From NCBI RefSeq assembly GCF_000150275.1, contig NW_002060945.1, forward strand, positions 1,492,199-1,556,198: DNA of 64,000 nt, read 5' to 3'. Numbering within the stretch: position 1 is the stretch's first letter; every line of letters begins with the position of its first letter. The DNA comes from Trichoplax adhaerens (taxonomy: Eukaryota > Animalia > Placozoa). The notes under the pieces were generated by a model. It saw only the letters and a program-made list of their open reading frames with translations. It had not been told where the DNA came from and made no database searches. Made by a program: the position numbers and the translations under genes. Below, piece by piece: positions 12,476 through 25,619 of the stretch.

Positions 12476-15400
12476 TTACATATAACTTTGCATGTTGTTA
12501 TAGTTAGGTACACTTCTAAAACTGTCGCTGGGTCCAGCAGAATTCATTCCACTATAGCCTGTAGAAGGCGCACTCGTATATGAAGATGTGCCGCTTTGGG
12601 ATACACCAGACGACATATTACTGTAACTTGACTTTCCAGGGCCATAGTTAGTAGCTTCTTGTCCGTAATTAGTGCCCATCGTTTGGTCTTAAACATCAAA
12701 TAAATAAATCATAAGATACTTATTTTAATAACTGAGATATTAGCAGAATATATTTATACATGATTCTGACGAAATCAATGTTATCGCTCATATCAGGGTG
12801 ACGGCTAATAAAGCGATATCAACGACACTCGCATTAATTAGTGACTGTAATAAGAATATGAGTTTATGTATGATAGTTACAGGGGTTGTATTTTAACCGA
12901 TAATTAAATTGTGATTATCTCATACTCTGTTAAATACTAAGTAAATAGTAAGCTCGATAAAGCACAAATTCAAGATTCATTTCTATGAACAGTGTACACC
13001 ATAATCACTACACCTTGTATACCTTTGTATAAAAGTGATAGCGATATTTTCGGGAAAATAAGAAACGCTATTATCTTTACAATTTGTAATAGTTACTGTT
13101 AAAATAGACTCACCGTAAGCAAATGGATAGCCAGGTACAGCATAATTTCCACCATAACCGTACGAACCATATCCATAGGAACCTAGCATACCACCACTAT
13201 TACCATAAGGGCCTTCACGTAAAAAATAAATTCGTTACTCACGTGTAGTGAATCACGAATTATAAGTACTAATGACTAAACAGTAAACACTGTCCCTTAG
13301 GTACTCCGTAACAGCTAAGCAAAATTTAATCATGCTAGCCGTGCAGACAACTTAAGAGCTGATTGTTATACACCCCGTTTGACACTCAACAACATTGTAT
13401 AGCTGACAAGTAACGCTCAGGGAGATGACATCAATTCTTTACATTACAGCTCTATCATGGATTCATTATTTACCATATTGAGAAGTAAATTGCATATTAG
13501 GAAAGTTTCCACCTCCATACACATTAGATTGGCTACCTGGAACACCTCGATTTGCACTACGATCTTCGGCTAGTTTAACTTCGACCTGCAAATTCATTAC
13601 AAAGGATATAATTACAAAAATCGACATAACGATGCAATTCATAATTTAAAATGTTGAATTAATTATCAACTAGCTACAATTTAGATAACCGACCGATTTG
13701 CCATTAATATTATGGAAATGTACGCCACAAGTCTTTTTTACGGTCTCATCATTTTCAAAAGTTACAAATCCGAATCCTTTAAATAGAAGATGATGCTAAT
13801 GAATCAAAAGAAACTAATGAAACAGTTTAAATTACTTAAAAATACCTCGCATTCGCTTCGTTGTTTTGTCGTACATAAGTTGGACATTTTTAACCTGAAA
13901 GAGTAATTGAATATGCATGCAAATGAATAATATTCTATTTTAATTGAAAGATAATATCGCAAGTTAAGAAAGGTTCATACAATGCTACATTAATGAATCT
14001 ATTTTACATTGAAAAATTACTAACCTGTCCGAAACTAGAGAAGTACTTTTTGATCTCATCTTCGCTTGTATTCTGGGCTACGCCACCGATAAACACTTTG
14101 TTCGTATTAACATTACTAGGGCTGGCCTAAGGGTTAATAGTATGCAGTCAGTCAGTTACTTTAGCTACGGTAACAAATTCTTTAACAACTCCTTATAGAT
14201 CTTAATAACAACAGATATTGTACCTGGGGTGCAGGTTGTCCCTTTTGAACAGCCGGTTTAGGGTCAATCTGAATAATAAAAGTATAAAAAGCTTAGGTTT
14301 TTGATCCAATAGGACAAAGTAGTACTAAAGAATTCAATCCATACTTGTTTGCCATCTAATAAATGTGGACCAGCATTTAATACAGAATTAACACAACCAG
14401 GATCTTCGAAAGTTACAAAACCAAAGCCCCTTTATGGAATAGAGATAAGTAAGCATAAGTAGTTAGTCTTCTTGTGTAACCTGGTTCACAAGCTACGAAT
14501 AGGAATGGTTGTAATAACGATAGATTAAGCCAGCCAGCCAGCCAGTATACTCAGGTAATCGCTTAGCTTTATATGTTTAAGATTTAAATATCTTACAAAC
14601 CCTATACAGTATTAATTTATCGTAAAGCGATCAAGCAGAACCGTGCAAGTGTAGATATACAGTAAACATACACAAAGCAAAATCTATATGTGAATAGTTT
14701 TGATCCTGCATTAGCGTTGTAATCAACTCAACAAGGTCGGATAAAAAGCTACGCGATAGCTAATACTGAGATACAATCAAAGGAATAATATATCCAAAGT
14801 TAAGAATTTTACTGAGACAAATCAGTTGTCCAGTTACTACTACGGTCGGCGCAGTTCTTTCTATCGAGACTAGCAAGTATATATTTTAGAGATGTATAAG
14901 CATGCAGCACGAAATTAATAAAAAAATGGAAATATTACAAGAGTGGTGTAGGATAATTGAATAGGTGTTCAACTATCATAGACAACTACAAGACTTGCAG
15001 TTATAACGCAATCCGGTAATAGAACTGACTAGTGATCACCATTATATCTTATACTAAACTTCAAACCAATATCAGCTAACTTTCACCCGATTAAATCCTT
15101 CTGTACTGTACATTACAATATCGCATTTTTTTCATGCTTCTAAAAGTAACACTATATTTGACACTTTAAAAACTACATTACCAAATTAAACTATTATAAA
15201 TAGGACTTCTTTACAAATATGGGAAATAGTAAGATTAATGACTACAAGTTACGTTATTAATTGATTCAATAATGACAAATCCTACCTGGAACGTTGTGTT
15301 ACGGGATCCTTCTTGATAACACAATCCGAAACATTTCCGTATTTATTAAAGAATTTTTTCATGCTATCTACAATGTTGAAATGCAGACATGATATTATCA

Positions 15401-17279
15401 TTTTATATATAACACACCAAACGTAAGCAACACCAAAGTCGAAATTGCAATAGTTGTCTAGTGTTGTTGAGAAACATATTATACGACTACAATTGCAACT
15501 CAATACGGTGTCAACTACCAACTAGAAAATGATAAATCACATTCGATATCACTAGTACTTGTCCTATCCTACTGTTCCGTTATTAACGGAGCATTGCATA
15601 TTCCAGGTGTACGCCTTTGCAGCAATTTTGAGCTAAGGTAGACTACTACCATAAAACTACCACTATCATCAACGGAATGGTGACAATACTACTTTCACAT
15701 ATTTGTAATGAAGACCGCCGCATCGTGATTAGCAGGCGGACAAATCAATTCCTATTAATTACATAGCAAATACAACATTACTACTATACTCAATCTAATA
15801 CGGTCATTGTCATCAAAGTAGAGTAAGTGAGAAGGCATTGCATCTTACCTGAATCTGTGTCCGGGTGTAAACCTCCGACGAAAATTTTTCTATAGATATA
15901 ATTTGAACAGCAAAGAATAACGGTTTAAGAGTTGCATTTATTCACAATGCAAGGTAGCAAGCAATTCGAATACTATTTTACGTCAGTTCTTTTTCACGGG
16001 CGTAAAAGACGTATACTATATCAGACATATTTGGAGCAGAGGAGAGTAAAAAAAAGGATCCATAAAAGGGAATCATGGAATATTGTACTACTTTGCAACG
16101 GTGTTTCTATGTTTGTCGGACAAATCAATCACTAGTAAGGAGATGGTAGTGCATTTGGTCAAGAGAATTTAGTAAGGCAATTCTATGAAAAGGAGTACAT
16201 ATTTGTGTGTTAAAACGAAGTTCTTAACAAGGTGATCGGTTCTGTACATAGTATAGGCACCATGCATCCATTGAAGGTAAAAAATATCACCCATTTTCCA
16301 ATTCTAGCTGTTCCAGAAAGTAACGTCATGGAAACTACAATACTAAGACATCGCCGACAAAGCGGCGCTAAACGTCGATACAGTAACGCGATGACATTGT
16401 AATGAAAGAGAGCGGGCATTTTACGCACCAACTAAATTCAATTATATCCGAAATAATAAGTTTATCGCTACAAATTGGAGTTTTGAAAAGCTAAATGGCC
16501 ATCTGTAGAGTATACGTTCTATGTAAGGAAAAAGGGTTGGAAAGATTGCGTCGTATGAGTCTGCACGAGTTCCTTTTAGTTTTGACCATTGCCGTCTTTT
16601 AGGCGGTTCACACATCAGCGTTTGATACACTACACGCGAGCAACAATATCTTTGGCCAGGGTGAGTATGGATGCGCATGCTATGACAGTAGAATCCATTC
16701 GATCCTATCGCTACTAGTCATTCCAGTCTTCAACTAGGTCAAATTGGACATGTTAAGATAGGGTAGAAGACCTGTACAATTTTTTAAAATCCAATTTTAG
16801 CCGTTACTAGAGACACTAAAGCATTGCAGTTAGCCACGTCGAAAGGTATCATGTTGGCTTGATCCATGGCTACAGATACATGTCATACCATTACATACTA
16901 CCGTACACAATGTATAGTCAAGTACACGACGCGTCAGGGAACAATTACGGCTAAAAAGGATGATTGCTATTCTCTATCGAGTGGAGAAAATCAAGTTGTA
17001 ATGCAGAAACGAGTTTATATTCAAAAAAATTGGTAAAGTAAGAGCTATTATCGCTAATTATGGATCATTTCTGATGGAGCCACATGCACGAGTGAGTGAG
17101 TAATCGTCGGGATGGAACGATCATCAACCGTAGTAAAAATCATGACATAAAAGGCCCCACGTGCAAACGCCTTCAAGTAGGATAGTGGATGCATTCTACA
17201 CATTAAACATGTAGTAAATTGAACTTTGATAAAAATGAAAAACATGTAGTACTTACCCAGTATCATTATCTCGACTCAT
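12476..17279 (-). CDS. DAZAP1: Two-RRM hnRNP of the DAZAP1/Hrb27C (Musashi-related) family with a G/Y/S-rich low-complexity tail
   Basis: Exon 1 at 17257-17279 (MSRDNDTG), exon 2 at 15849-15889 ([13 protein letters not shown]), then [56 protein letters not shown] and [35 protein letters not shown]. DPxCV, PH.LDG..IDPKP and HFH.I.GK.VEVK fit DAZAP1 better than MSI. The terminal exon is less certain. Confidence 0.8.
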
Positions 17280-17707
17280 TATGGAATTCTTGTAAGCAAA
17301 ATTAAATCTTTAAACAATCCGTAAAAGTCAGTTTACCTAAAGTATACAGTATATGCAATTTTTTACACAATTACAATTAATTTTACTGTACTGACTACTA
17401 ACATCAAAGATGGCAGCTCAGTATAAGCTGCAAATTGGCAAATGACAACCGTTGCGGGAAAGCTCCCGTTGACTTATGGGTAAAGGCCTCGTCTTCAATT
17501 TCGCGCACCTGTATCATACACTATGGTATGAAATCAACCGCCGTACGATTGTGGATTTTGCACAATGCGGTATGACTGGTATACAATACAGTGTAGAAGG
17601 GGTGCACAAGGAATTGTCTGTTTCGGCGCTTACATGCTTTCAACTGCAACAGTGACGTGACGCTACGGTACGGCACGTTGTGCTTTCAAAAACTTTCAAA
17701 AAGTTGA

Positions 17708-18330
17708 CACTGTACTGTACAATACAGTAAGGAACAGGACAAATCCAGCATGTGCCCAGTTACAGTACTAAGTACTGTAGACGGGACAGCCGTACTGTAC
17801 AGTACATACAGTACAGTACATGATTGTGTACAGTACAGTACAAATCCAGCATGTTCACGGCTACAGTACTATTGTATAGTACAGTACTGTACTGTACGGA
17901 AAGAGAAATAACCATGCGGAAAATTGAGCCGTTGTGTACAGTACAGTACTGTACAGTACAGTACTGTAAAAATCCAGCATACTGACGACTACAGTACTAA
18001 AATACTGTACACTGTACAGTACAGTACAATACAGTACAGTACAGTACAATCATGCGGAAAATTGAGCTGTTCTGTACGCAAGCGCTGTACTGTACTGTAC
18101 ACAAATCCAGCATGTGCACAGCTACAGTACTAAAGTACTGTACACTGTACAGTACAGTCATACTGTACTGTACTGTACCGCGACGCTTTCCACGCATTGT
18201 ACTGTACGATACAGTAGTATAGCGTAGCGAAATACTGTACTGTAACCAAGCGGAAAATGGAGCTGTTGTGTACGTACAGTACAGTGCATCGTACGGTACA
18301 GTACTGTACTGTACCGCAAGCGACGTACAC
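17708..18330. repeat. Complex satellite: mixed-orientation CAGTA/TACTG pentamers with recurring higher-order blocks
   Basis: AAATCCAGCAT...TACAGTACTA blocks at ~17741, ~17842, ~17970 and ~18103. GCGGAAAAT(T/G)GAGC.GTT.TGTAC blocks at ~17916, ~18054 and ~18250. The blocks are separated by pentamer runs. Confidence 0.9.
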
Positions 18331-18892
18331 GTGTTGTAAAATTATGAAAGATTTTTCCCCCCTTTTTTCCTAGCCTAATCACGACGTCAATGATCTACTA
18401 TGCAGTACCCAGTGCTGTACCGTACCGGAGTAGTTGCAATGTAAACACTGCTCAACTACTTGAGATAGATTGGCCGCTTGATGAAATTTGACAGTGTTGC
18501 AATAATCTTTGAATGCACACGTGCTGTAAAAGATCAATTTTTCTCTACAGTAACGCCACTAAACTGAATTCTTTCTGAAGTTAATCTATACTGCGATTTA
18601 TTTTATTTTACTGTACAGTACTTTCAAACGCATGCACAACAGAATTCAACAGCGCATTTCTTCCTCAACTTACTGCCAAGCAGACGCTGAGTAACAGCAT
18701 AGTTAGTACATCCGAAATGATCGATGTAGTTCAATTACAGTAGTTCAGTATAATAACTTATTCTACAACTGTACTATCCCTCGCTCGTGTATTATTTCCT
18801 TTTTTCTCATTTTCTTTTCTTTTATTTATTTTATTTTATTTTATAAATTTATTCTGCAAAGTGGGTCAGGGCCAAACCAGACCATAAAGACC

Positions 18893-19480
18893 TCTACAGT
18901 ATATACTGTACTGTAGTCTTTCCGTACAGTACAGTACAGTACTGGACACTGTACCACGTACAAACTGTTCTTACAGTACTGTACAGTACAGTACACTGAA
19001 CCGTACCAAAGAGTCTAGGGACTACTCATTTAAAAGATTTCCCCTCAAAAGCAGTAACTAAAAAATTTCCAAAATTTCCCAAATTTTTAGTTGACGGCAG
19101 AGGTCTGCAATGAGCTTAGAGGATTAGACTGCTGACGTCTGGTTGACCGCTTTTGAGGGGGAACTCCTAGTTGAATAGTCGTTGACTTCACAATAATGCA
19201 CATACAGTACAGTACAGTATTTTAAAAGTCTACAGTATACAAATGCTACAGTACTGTACGGTACAGTACAGTACTGTACGGTACAGTACAGTACTGTACT
19301 GTACTGTACAGTACAGTACTGTACAGTATGTCTCACTCCGAAATTACAGTGTGCTGTACACTGTACAGTACAGTCAATGCACCGGAAACTCTCGGATAGA
19401 CAGACAGAATTCTTGAAACCAAATGTATCCAAAATATCCAAGTACTACAGTAAGTACTACAGTAAGTGCTGTACTTACAG
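18893..19480. repeat. CAGTA/TACTG pentamer arrays (clusters at ~18895-19000, ~19200-19375 and ~19440-19480)
   Basis: Directly visible, for example TACGGTACAGTACAGTACTGTACGGTACAGTACAGTACTG at ~19257-19297 and AGTACTACAGTA twice at 19441-19464. Confidence 0.9.
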
Positions 19481-20144
19481 ATCTTCTGTATCTATTTTTC
19501 TTACTTGTAGCAATTGAAGAATATTCTTGACTTTATATAACTGTTTTGAAGCAGAACTTAGTAAAATAGAAGAGATTTCAATAGAATATTACTTGATTTA
19601 GAAAAATAAGCGAATAACAGAATCGAGCAACCGCTTAAGGATATTACAACGAATAGAAATGTTTGGAACAGTATACAGAATGACAAAATATCCGACCGTC
19701 CGAGTAGAGTTTCCTGTCCAAGTGTCCATATAGCCACGGACTTCTAGATCTCCGGAAGATCTAGAACCTCCTTTAATGGTCCATGGTAGTAGTGAATACT
19801 TAGTAGATTATGGTAATGATCATGATCGCTGTGAGCCAGTGAGAGCACATGAACACTTTCGTCAGTAGTGACTGAGTAGACGACTGTGGTCGTAGACTCG
19901 CAGTCCGGTCTGTCCGGGACTCGTTGTCCCCACACGGACTCTGATATGATACAGTACAGTACCAGTAACACAAGTACTGTACAGTATTGCTAAAGTAGTC
20001 CAGGACAGTACCTTGGCTCAAATTTGATATTACTTTAACTTCACGTCATTTATCAGAGCATTGCAACTTTGCAAGTGAAGCCGAACCACAACTTGTAGAT
20101 TGCCGAGATTTGATTCAACTTCTTTTATACTTAAAATTAAAAAA

Positions 20145-22049
20145 ATGGCTGCGAGTGCCATGTTTCAGGCTACTGCAAAGTAAGATCGATGTTGTTTATC
20201 TTATTTTCCGCTCAGATTGATGCATTTCCTTGTGCAAAATACAATTTTAGCGTATATACTTTCATTTTGTAAAAGCGTACAGTATACGACTACAAGAAAA
20301 TTTAAATGATTAATGGAATGGTTAAACTATCTTCGTATTATAGCATTAAAGGAGCTGTGTCATTAATAAATCAATTGGATACTGAACGATTTCCGCTCTT
20401 GCTAGTTCGCATTTTACAAAAACTCCACGTAAAGGTAGGTTTTACACTGATAATCGAGATTGTTCAATACTGATTATGATGTAACGATGTTTACTCTGCT
20501 CTTGGAACGCATGAAATTCTTAATACAGTTGATGAAGTGTATCCAGCTACTACTGTAGTTAGCAATATTCCTTCAATTTAGGTAAAAGAAAGAAATGCAA
20601 AACAGTGATTTACTTCTAGGGCCTGTTACGTTTTGTACAGCTTTTCCTATGGAATGTTGATACTGTATTGATTCCTTTTATTGACACGATTGAATCGGTA
20701 TCCTGCACTCGTATATTTATTTTCTTGATTAGCAAAGTTTTAATACAGACACTGTTACCGCGGCATGTTCGTTGTTATTACTGATGTTACAGTATGATCA
20801 GGCTACGCGTCTTACCGTCAAGAGATGCAAATGATTATCGCTAGATTAACTGCCTACTACGTGTGGTATGGACAGATCATATAAAACGTACTAATAAGAA
20901 GAACTTTTGGTTACTAGGAGGGAAGAATTTTCACAGAAGAGGAAGAGAATAAGCTGCAAACTTCTCTTGGCATAGAAGAAAAGAAAGATCTTCAGCTCAT
21001 ACTGGATATTCTATCCTTCATATTTGAGCAAGTCAGATATCGTTCAGTTTGATACATTTACAGTATCTGTTAATTAAAATAGAGAAATAACAAGCATTGT
21101 TCTAATGTGTACAACTTTTATTTTCGTCCATTAGGCAGTTTACCATGTTGCTAAACCTGCAGTCTTAAAGCAACAACTATTGAATATTGACCTAGATGAA
21201 GTGAAGGTATAAACGCTGCGTGCATACTCTTACGTGTATTATTGATGTCATATCTATAATAATTCTTGGCGAATAGTTTTGGTCAAGCATATGACTATCA
21301 ATTTGATCTGTTTTAACTATTTTAAGATGAGTTGATATTAAGATTCTTTACCTATGCTTTAAATTTCTCACAAATGATAACTATACTCGTATATAGGTTG
21401 ACGCTTTTATCGAAGCCTGGTCTACAAATGCGAAAAATGTTATCGACAGAGTTAGACAAAGAAATTTTATAAATAATCAGGTAATATCTTAATGTATAGT
21501 GTACTTCCTACATTGGATAGCATCAATTACACTGATACTTTTATCGTTACTGACTTCATGGCTACTGTGGTCTTAATTACAGTTAGAAGATATTAATTGG
21601 CAGCTCAATTTACAGCTGGCACAAAGTGAAAAAACAAAGATGAAAGCTCCAAACGCTATCTTGGAGTTAGGGATTCGATCAGAAGACAAAAACGTTCGTG
21701 CCTTATTATGCCGTTTATAAGATTAGGCTAAGATTTTTAAGCAGCTGACTTGCCAACACAGTACTATGTTTATCTATATTAATGGATCTTTCGTATCGTT
21801 AATACCATGTTCCGCTTTTCTACTGGGTGCTTCTGATGCAGACTAAGGAAAAAGTTCATGTAGAATTTTCACATGCAGAATTATATGACTTTTATGACAA
21901 GGTAATTTCTTAATATCAAAGAAGCATTACACAGCGGTATACTCGCTAATAACTATAAGTTTTTAATATGTAAACTTTTTTCTCTTATATTTTCTAAACA
22001 AACCTAGCTGGAAATTATCCAATCACAACTGGATTCACTTAACAAATGA
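20145..22049 (+). CDS. COMMD10: COMM domain-containing protein 10 (CCC/Commander complex)
   Basis: Spliced product [56 protein letters not shown]...[21 protein letters not shown].../[31 protein letters not shown].../[29 protein letters not shown]. This shows the COMM domain and COMMD10-type motifs. Confidence 0.93.
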
Positions 22050-22700
22050 ACTAACTAAAAACTTATACATAGCCTTAAATTGCACTCTACGGAGGGTTTT
22101 AAACAGTTTTGACTTAAATTACTTAGTGATTCTACTTCATGTAAACAAATAACCGAATAAATTGGCCACTCGAAGAAATTTTCACCTACTACTTCAAATA
22201 TTCGAAAGTGTTTATTCGTTAATATAAATCTGTTTATGGATTTTATACCTAAGCAAAGTACACTAACTCTTATACAACAAGATTTTTATCTATTGTCAAT
22301 TATATCCATTATGTAAAAGTTTCCTAAACCGGTAAACGAAGTAATGAACCTATTACTATTTTTATACGACGCTAGCGTTATCATTTGGTAATACTGTACG
22401 GTATTACAATACCTAATATAGAAAATTGTATAAAGACAAGTGAGTAATTGTAACTAAAATTCATTAGTAGTATGAGCATACTCTTTCGGTCTAAACGGTG
22501 CTATCCTTAAGTTTAATGAGAATTGAATACTATGTGATACTCAGGCACTATTATAAACAATATTTGCTATCGCACGCAAATGATAATTTGTATTTAGTAG
22601 CTACTATGAATTGAATAAATTTCCTTTAAAAGATTTGTTGAATAAATAGAAATCTGAAATTATGATAGTTATGCTTTCAGCTCGACGTGAGCTGTTGATC

Positions 22701-24034
22701 CTATTTTCGTTCTTTGTAGAAAGCTTTTCCCATTCCTCGAAGCTCCTGTTCATATTGAATGTGCTCGTCCTCAAGTAGCTTTTTTAATTGCGCTCGGCGT
22801 ACCTTAAATATATAGATGAATTCTATTATAGCACCAAACTTATTTATACTCACTTAAATGTACATATAATAGATATAGTTACAGCAAGTTGTGATATCAC
22901 TTTAACAATATCTACGTACGAGTACTATATAATAAATGTAAGAAGCTATTACACGTTCGCAATACTGACATAGTTCTGGTGATAGCGAAATTCATAAGTT
23001 ACTGTCTAATGTTAGCGCAGTTTAATTATTGTCTTATGCTTACATATAACAATTCTTTATTAGCCATTTTCATTTCCTGTCGAATTCCTTCATGCGTATG
23101 TTTCAATCTTCTGCGGTCGCTAGCCTGTCATAAAATGATAACTTTAGAAATGCACCTGAAACATTTTTACTGGCTTCTTCGGGAAAATTTCATAATCGCA
23201 TTAAAATCCAATATTTAGTTTCAGCTTGAATTATCAGCGCGAAAAAATGTTATACTTTGGCAAATATGACTAATATAAGTAAATATGAGAATGATATATG
23301 CACAATAAATTACATTATTTCTGTTGTCTGTTCTGCTTCACATAAGCAGATACAGATTACAAGTATCTAGACGATCCTTTATACAGTACTGTAAACACCT
23401 TATTAGTTTACCTCTTCGAGCTGTTCTGACCACTTAGCTATCAAATTTCCTTTAGAAGATCTGTGATATGACAATTATACAGTATAAAGGTCCATCAAAT
23501 TAAATGAATACTGAAATCAGTGTAGATTAATTACCCAAGAATTTGCAGGCTATTAAGTTTGACAATATCATATTCGTAAAACAACGCAACATACTCACAG
23601 TTCTACAATCCTTTCATTATTCAAGACCTCTTCTTCTTTCTATATCGATGTATCATATCATAAAAAATTAAGTGCACATTAGCAAGTTTCTTAATAACAA
23701 TTGAAAAATATAGCGTTTTACTTTTAGACTAGAGTATCATAATCATAAATTTAAAAGAGCTAAACACGAGCTATCTTTTAAAAATGCTAAGTTAACTTTC
23801 TAATTTGCAGGAATTTTTAACGTTACAAAAACATATACATGCACTATACATGAACAGAAGATATGACCGTTCAAGCAGGGAGTCTACAATAGTTATTCGA
23901 AATAAGTTATTGTAGTAAACCTGAATTCTTCGTTGTTGATCCCTAACGGCTGCGGTTGTTTTGGTCCCAATACATTCATATCGGAAAGAAGTTGAGTTGT
24001 ATAGACGGGATTGATACAGTTCTCTCGCAGTCAT
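22701..24034 (-). CDS. CFAP141: Cilia- and flagella-associated protein 141 (C1orf189 family)
   Basis: Five short exons give MTARELYQSR...QQRRIQ/KEEEVLNNERIVEL/SSKGNLIAKWSEQLEE/ASDRRRLKHTHEGIRQEMKMANKELLY/VRRAQLKKLLEDEHIQYEQELRGMGKAFYKERK*. The C-terminus matches the recalled C1orf189 motif [20 protein letters not shown]. An X-box lies upstream. Confidence 0.82.
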
Positions 24035-24361
24035 GTCTTTGAAAAATAGTATTTCGAAAATGTGATATGACTATAATTATGATGAAGTATATATATATAA
24101 ATTTTAAATAGATCCCTTCGCTCGGAGTTTATATACTAGTTTTAATTCAAATTCTATCGTAGGTGTAGCAGCAAATACAGTAATATGGTTACGATATTTG
24201 TTAACTGTAATACGCGTATTGTGCAGAGGAGATATTAAATGTTTTCACAGAGCAGTTGTAACACTGATTGGTAGTAATCTAGTCTACAACTATAGTAGTG
24301 TATGCTGTAAATAATTAATTGATATAGAACGACTTGCCAAAGATTGAAGTTGCTATTTACT

Positions 24362-24375
24362 GTTACCAAGGTAAC
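24362..24375. promoter_or_regulatory. RFX-binding X-box (GTTACCAAGGTAAC) upstream of CFAP141
   Basis: Near-perfect palindromic match to the X-box consensus GTNRCC(N0-3)RGYAAC, ~330 bp upstream of the ATG of a ciliary gene. Confidence 0.75.
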
Positions 24376-25619
24376 GCAATGCATAGCCCCGAGCCCCGAC
24401 TCTCTCAATACAGTCAGTATGAGATATGATAATATACTGTATACTAAACTAAAAGGTCTCTTTCTATAGTTTTAGTGGTCTATGCACCTACAATAAGGCA
24501 ATAGCAAAGTACGATATACAGTAATTAGTACCATTCGCTTCTATTTACAGGTCATCAACAAAGCAGAAAATTCCCCCTGCGTATTAATTAATAGTCATAC
24601 TGTACAGCTAGTTTTATTCTGAGCTAGTTAAATTGGCGATATCGGACGGACGGTCAATAGACACCGAACCTTAATTTCCGTTACTCATATACTTTTTTAT
24701 GTTAGAAATTTTCATTCACGAAACGTTCATAACTATTCATTCATATTACTGTATATGTCTGAACTGGAAGTCTCAGGGTGCACTGTACACCCAAAACTAT
24801 ACATAACTCGTCTAAGGTTTTATTTTCATTAATGTCCTGTTCAATTTCAAAGCATTTCTTGTTACATGGAGCTGCTCTATTATTATCAAATACTATTGTA
24901 CTGAGATGATGATAGATAGCTAGTTTAACGATTTTCTTAAACTAATATTGATGTATGGGTGATATTGGATATTCGTAAGATGAAGCTAATATGGATGAAA
25001 ATCTTAATATATCTAAACAGACATAAAGCTAATTTAGCTGGTACATTGTAGGCTTCCTCATAACGTAATTTATTTACAATAACATATTTACATGCACCTA
25101 GCTGTGCAACGTGCATGTAATGAGTACAGCAGAAAGAACTCTGCACCTATATAAAAAACTGAAATATATATATATATAACATATACAAGGTATATTTATA
25201 ATACACAGAAAATATTGTTAAATAGGGATATCTAGGTAGTAATATATAAGCCATCATGTGTATACGTATAGCGCATACATATGAGCATATCAGAATATAC
25301 ATACAGTACAGTATGCAGCATACGTATAGAAATATATTTAATATGACTTATATAAGCTACAGCTTCGAGACCCCATACGCGTACACAGTCTCTCAGTTAC
25401 GAGAATAAGATCAATTTAAGAATTTGCAAATTTAAATGTAACATCAATTATTTAAAATGACCACAATTGCTTTAGTTACAGTAATGACGATATATGGATA
25501 CTACACGGCAATGAACTATGCTCCGGTGACACTAACTACGAACATTCCATTGACAGAGTACTCCATATCGGGAACCATACTGAATTCGTCCCTTTCTAAT
25601 TTTACCGTCCATCTTGTAG

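Noticed and set aside
17739-18300. CRISPR-like repeat-spacer appearance
   Set aside because: The linkers are low-complexity pentamers rather than unique spacers, the repeats are degenerate, there are no cas genes, and the context is eukaryotic and intron-rich.
17861-19441. ORFs rich in YSTVQ/YCTVL
   Set aside because: These are translations of the CAGTA/TACTG repeats in several frames and on both strands.
19850-19875. Hammerhead-like CTGACGA...GAAA on the minus strand
   Set aside because: No stem II between CUGANGA and GAAA, and no supporting stems I and III.
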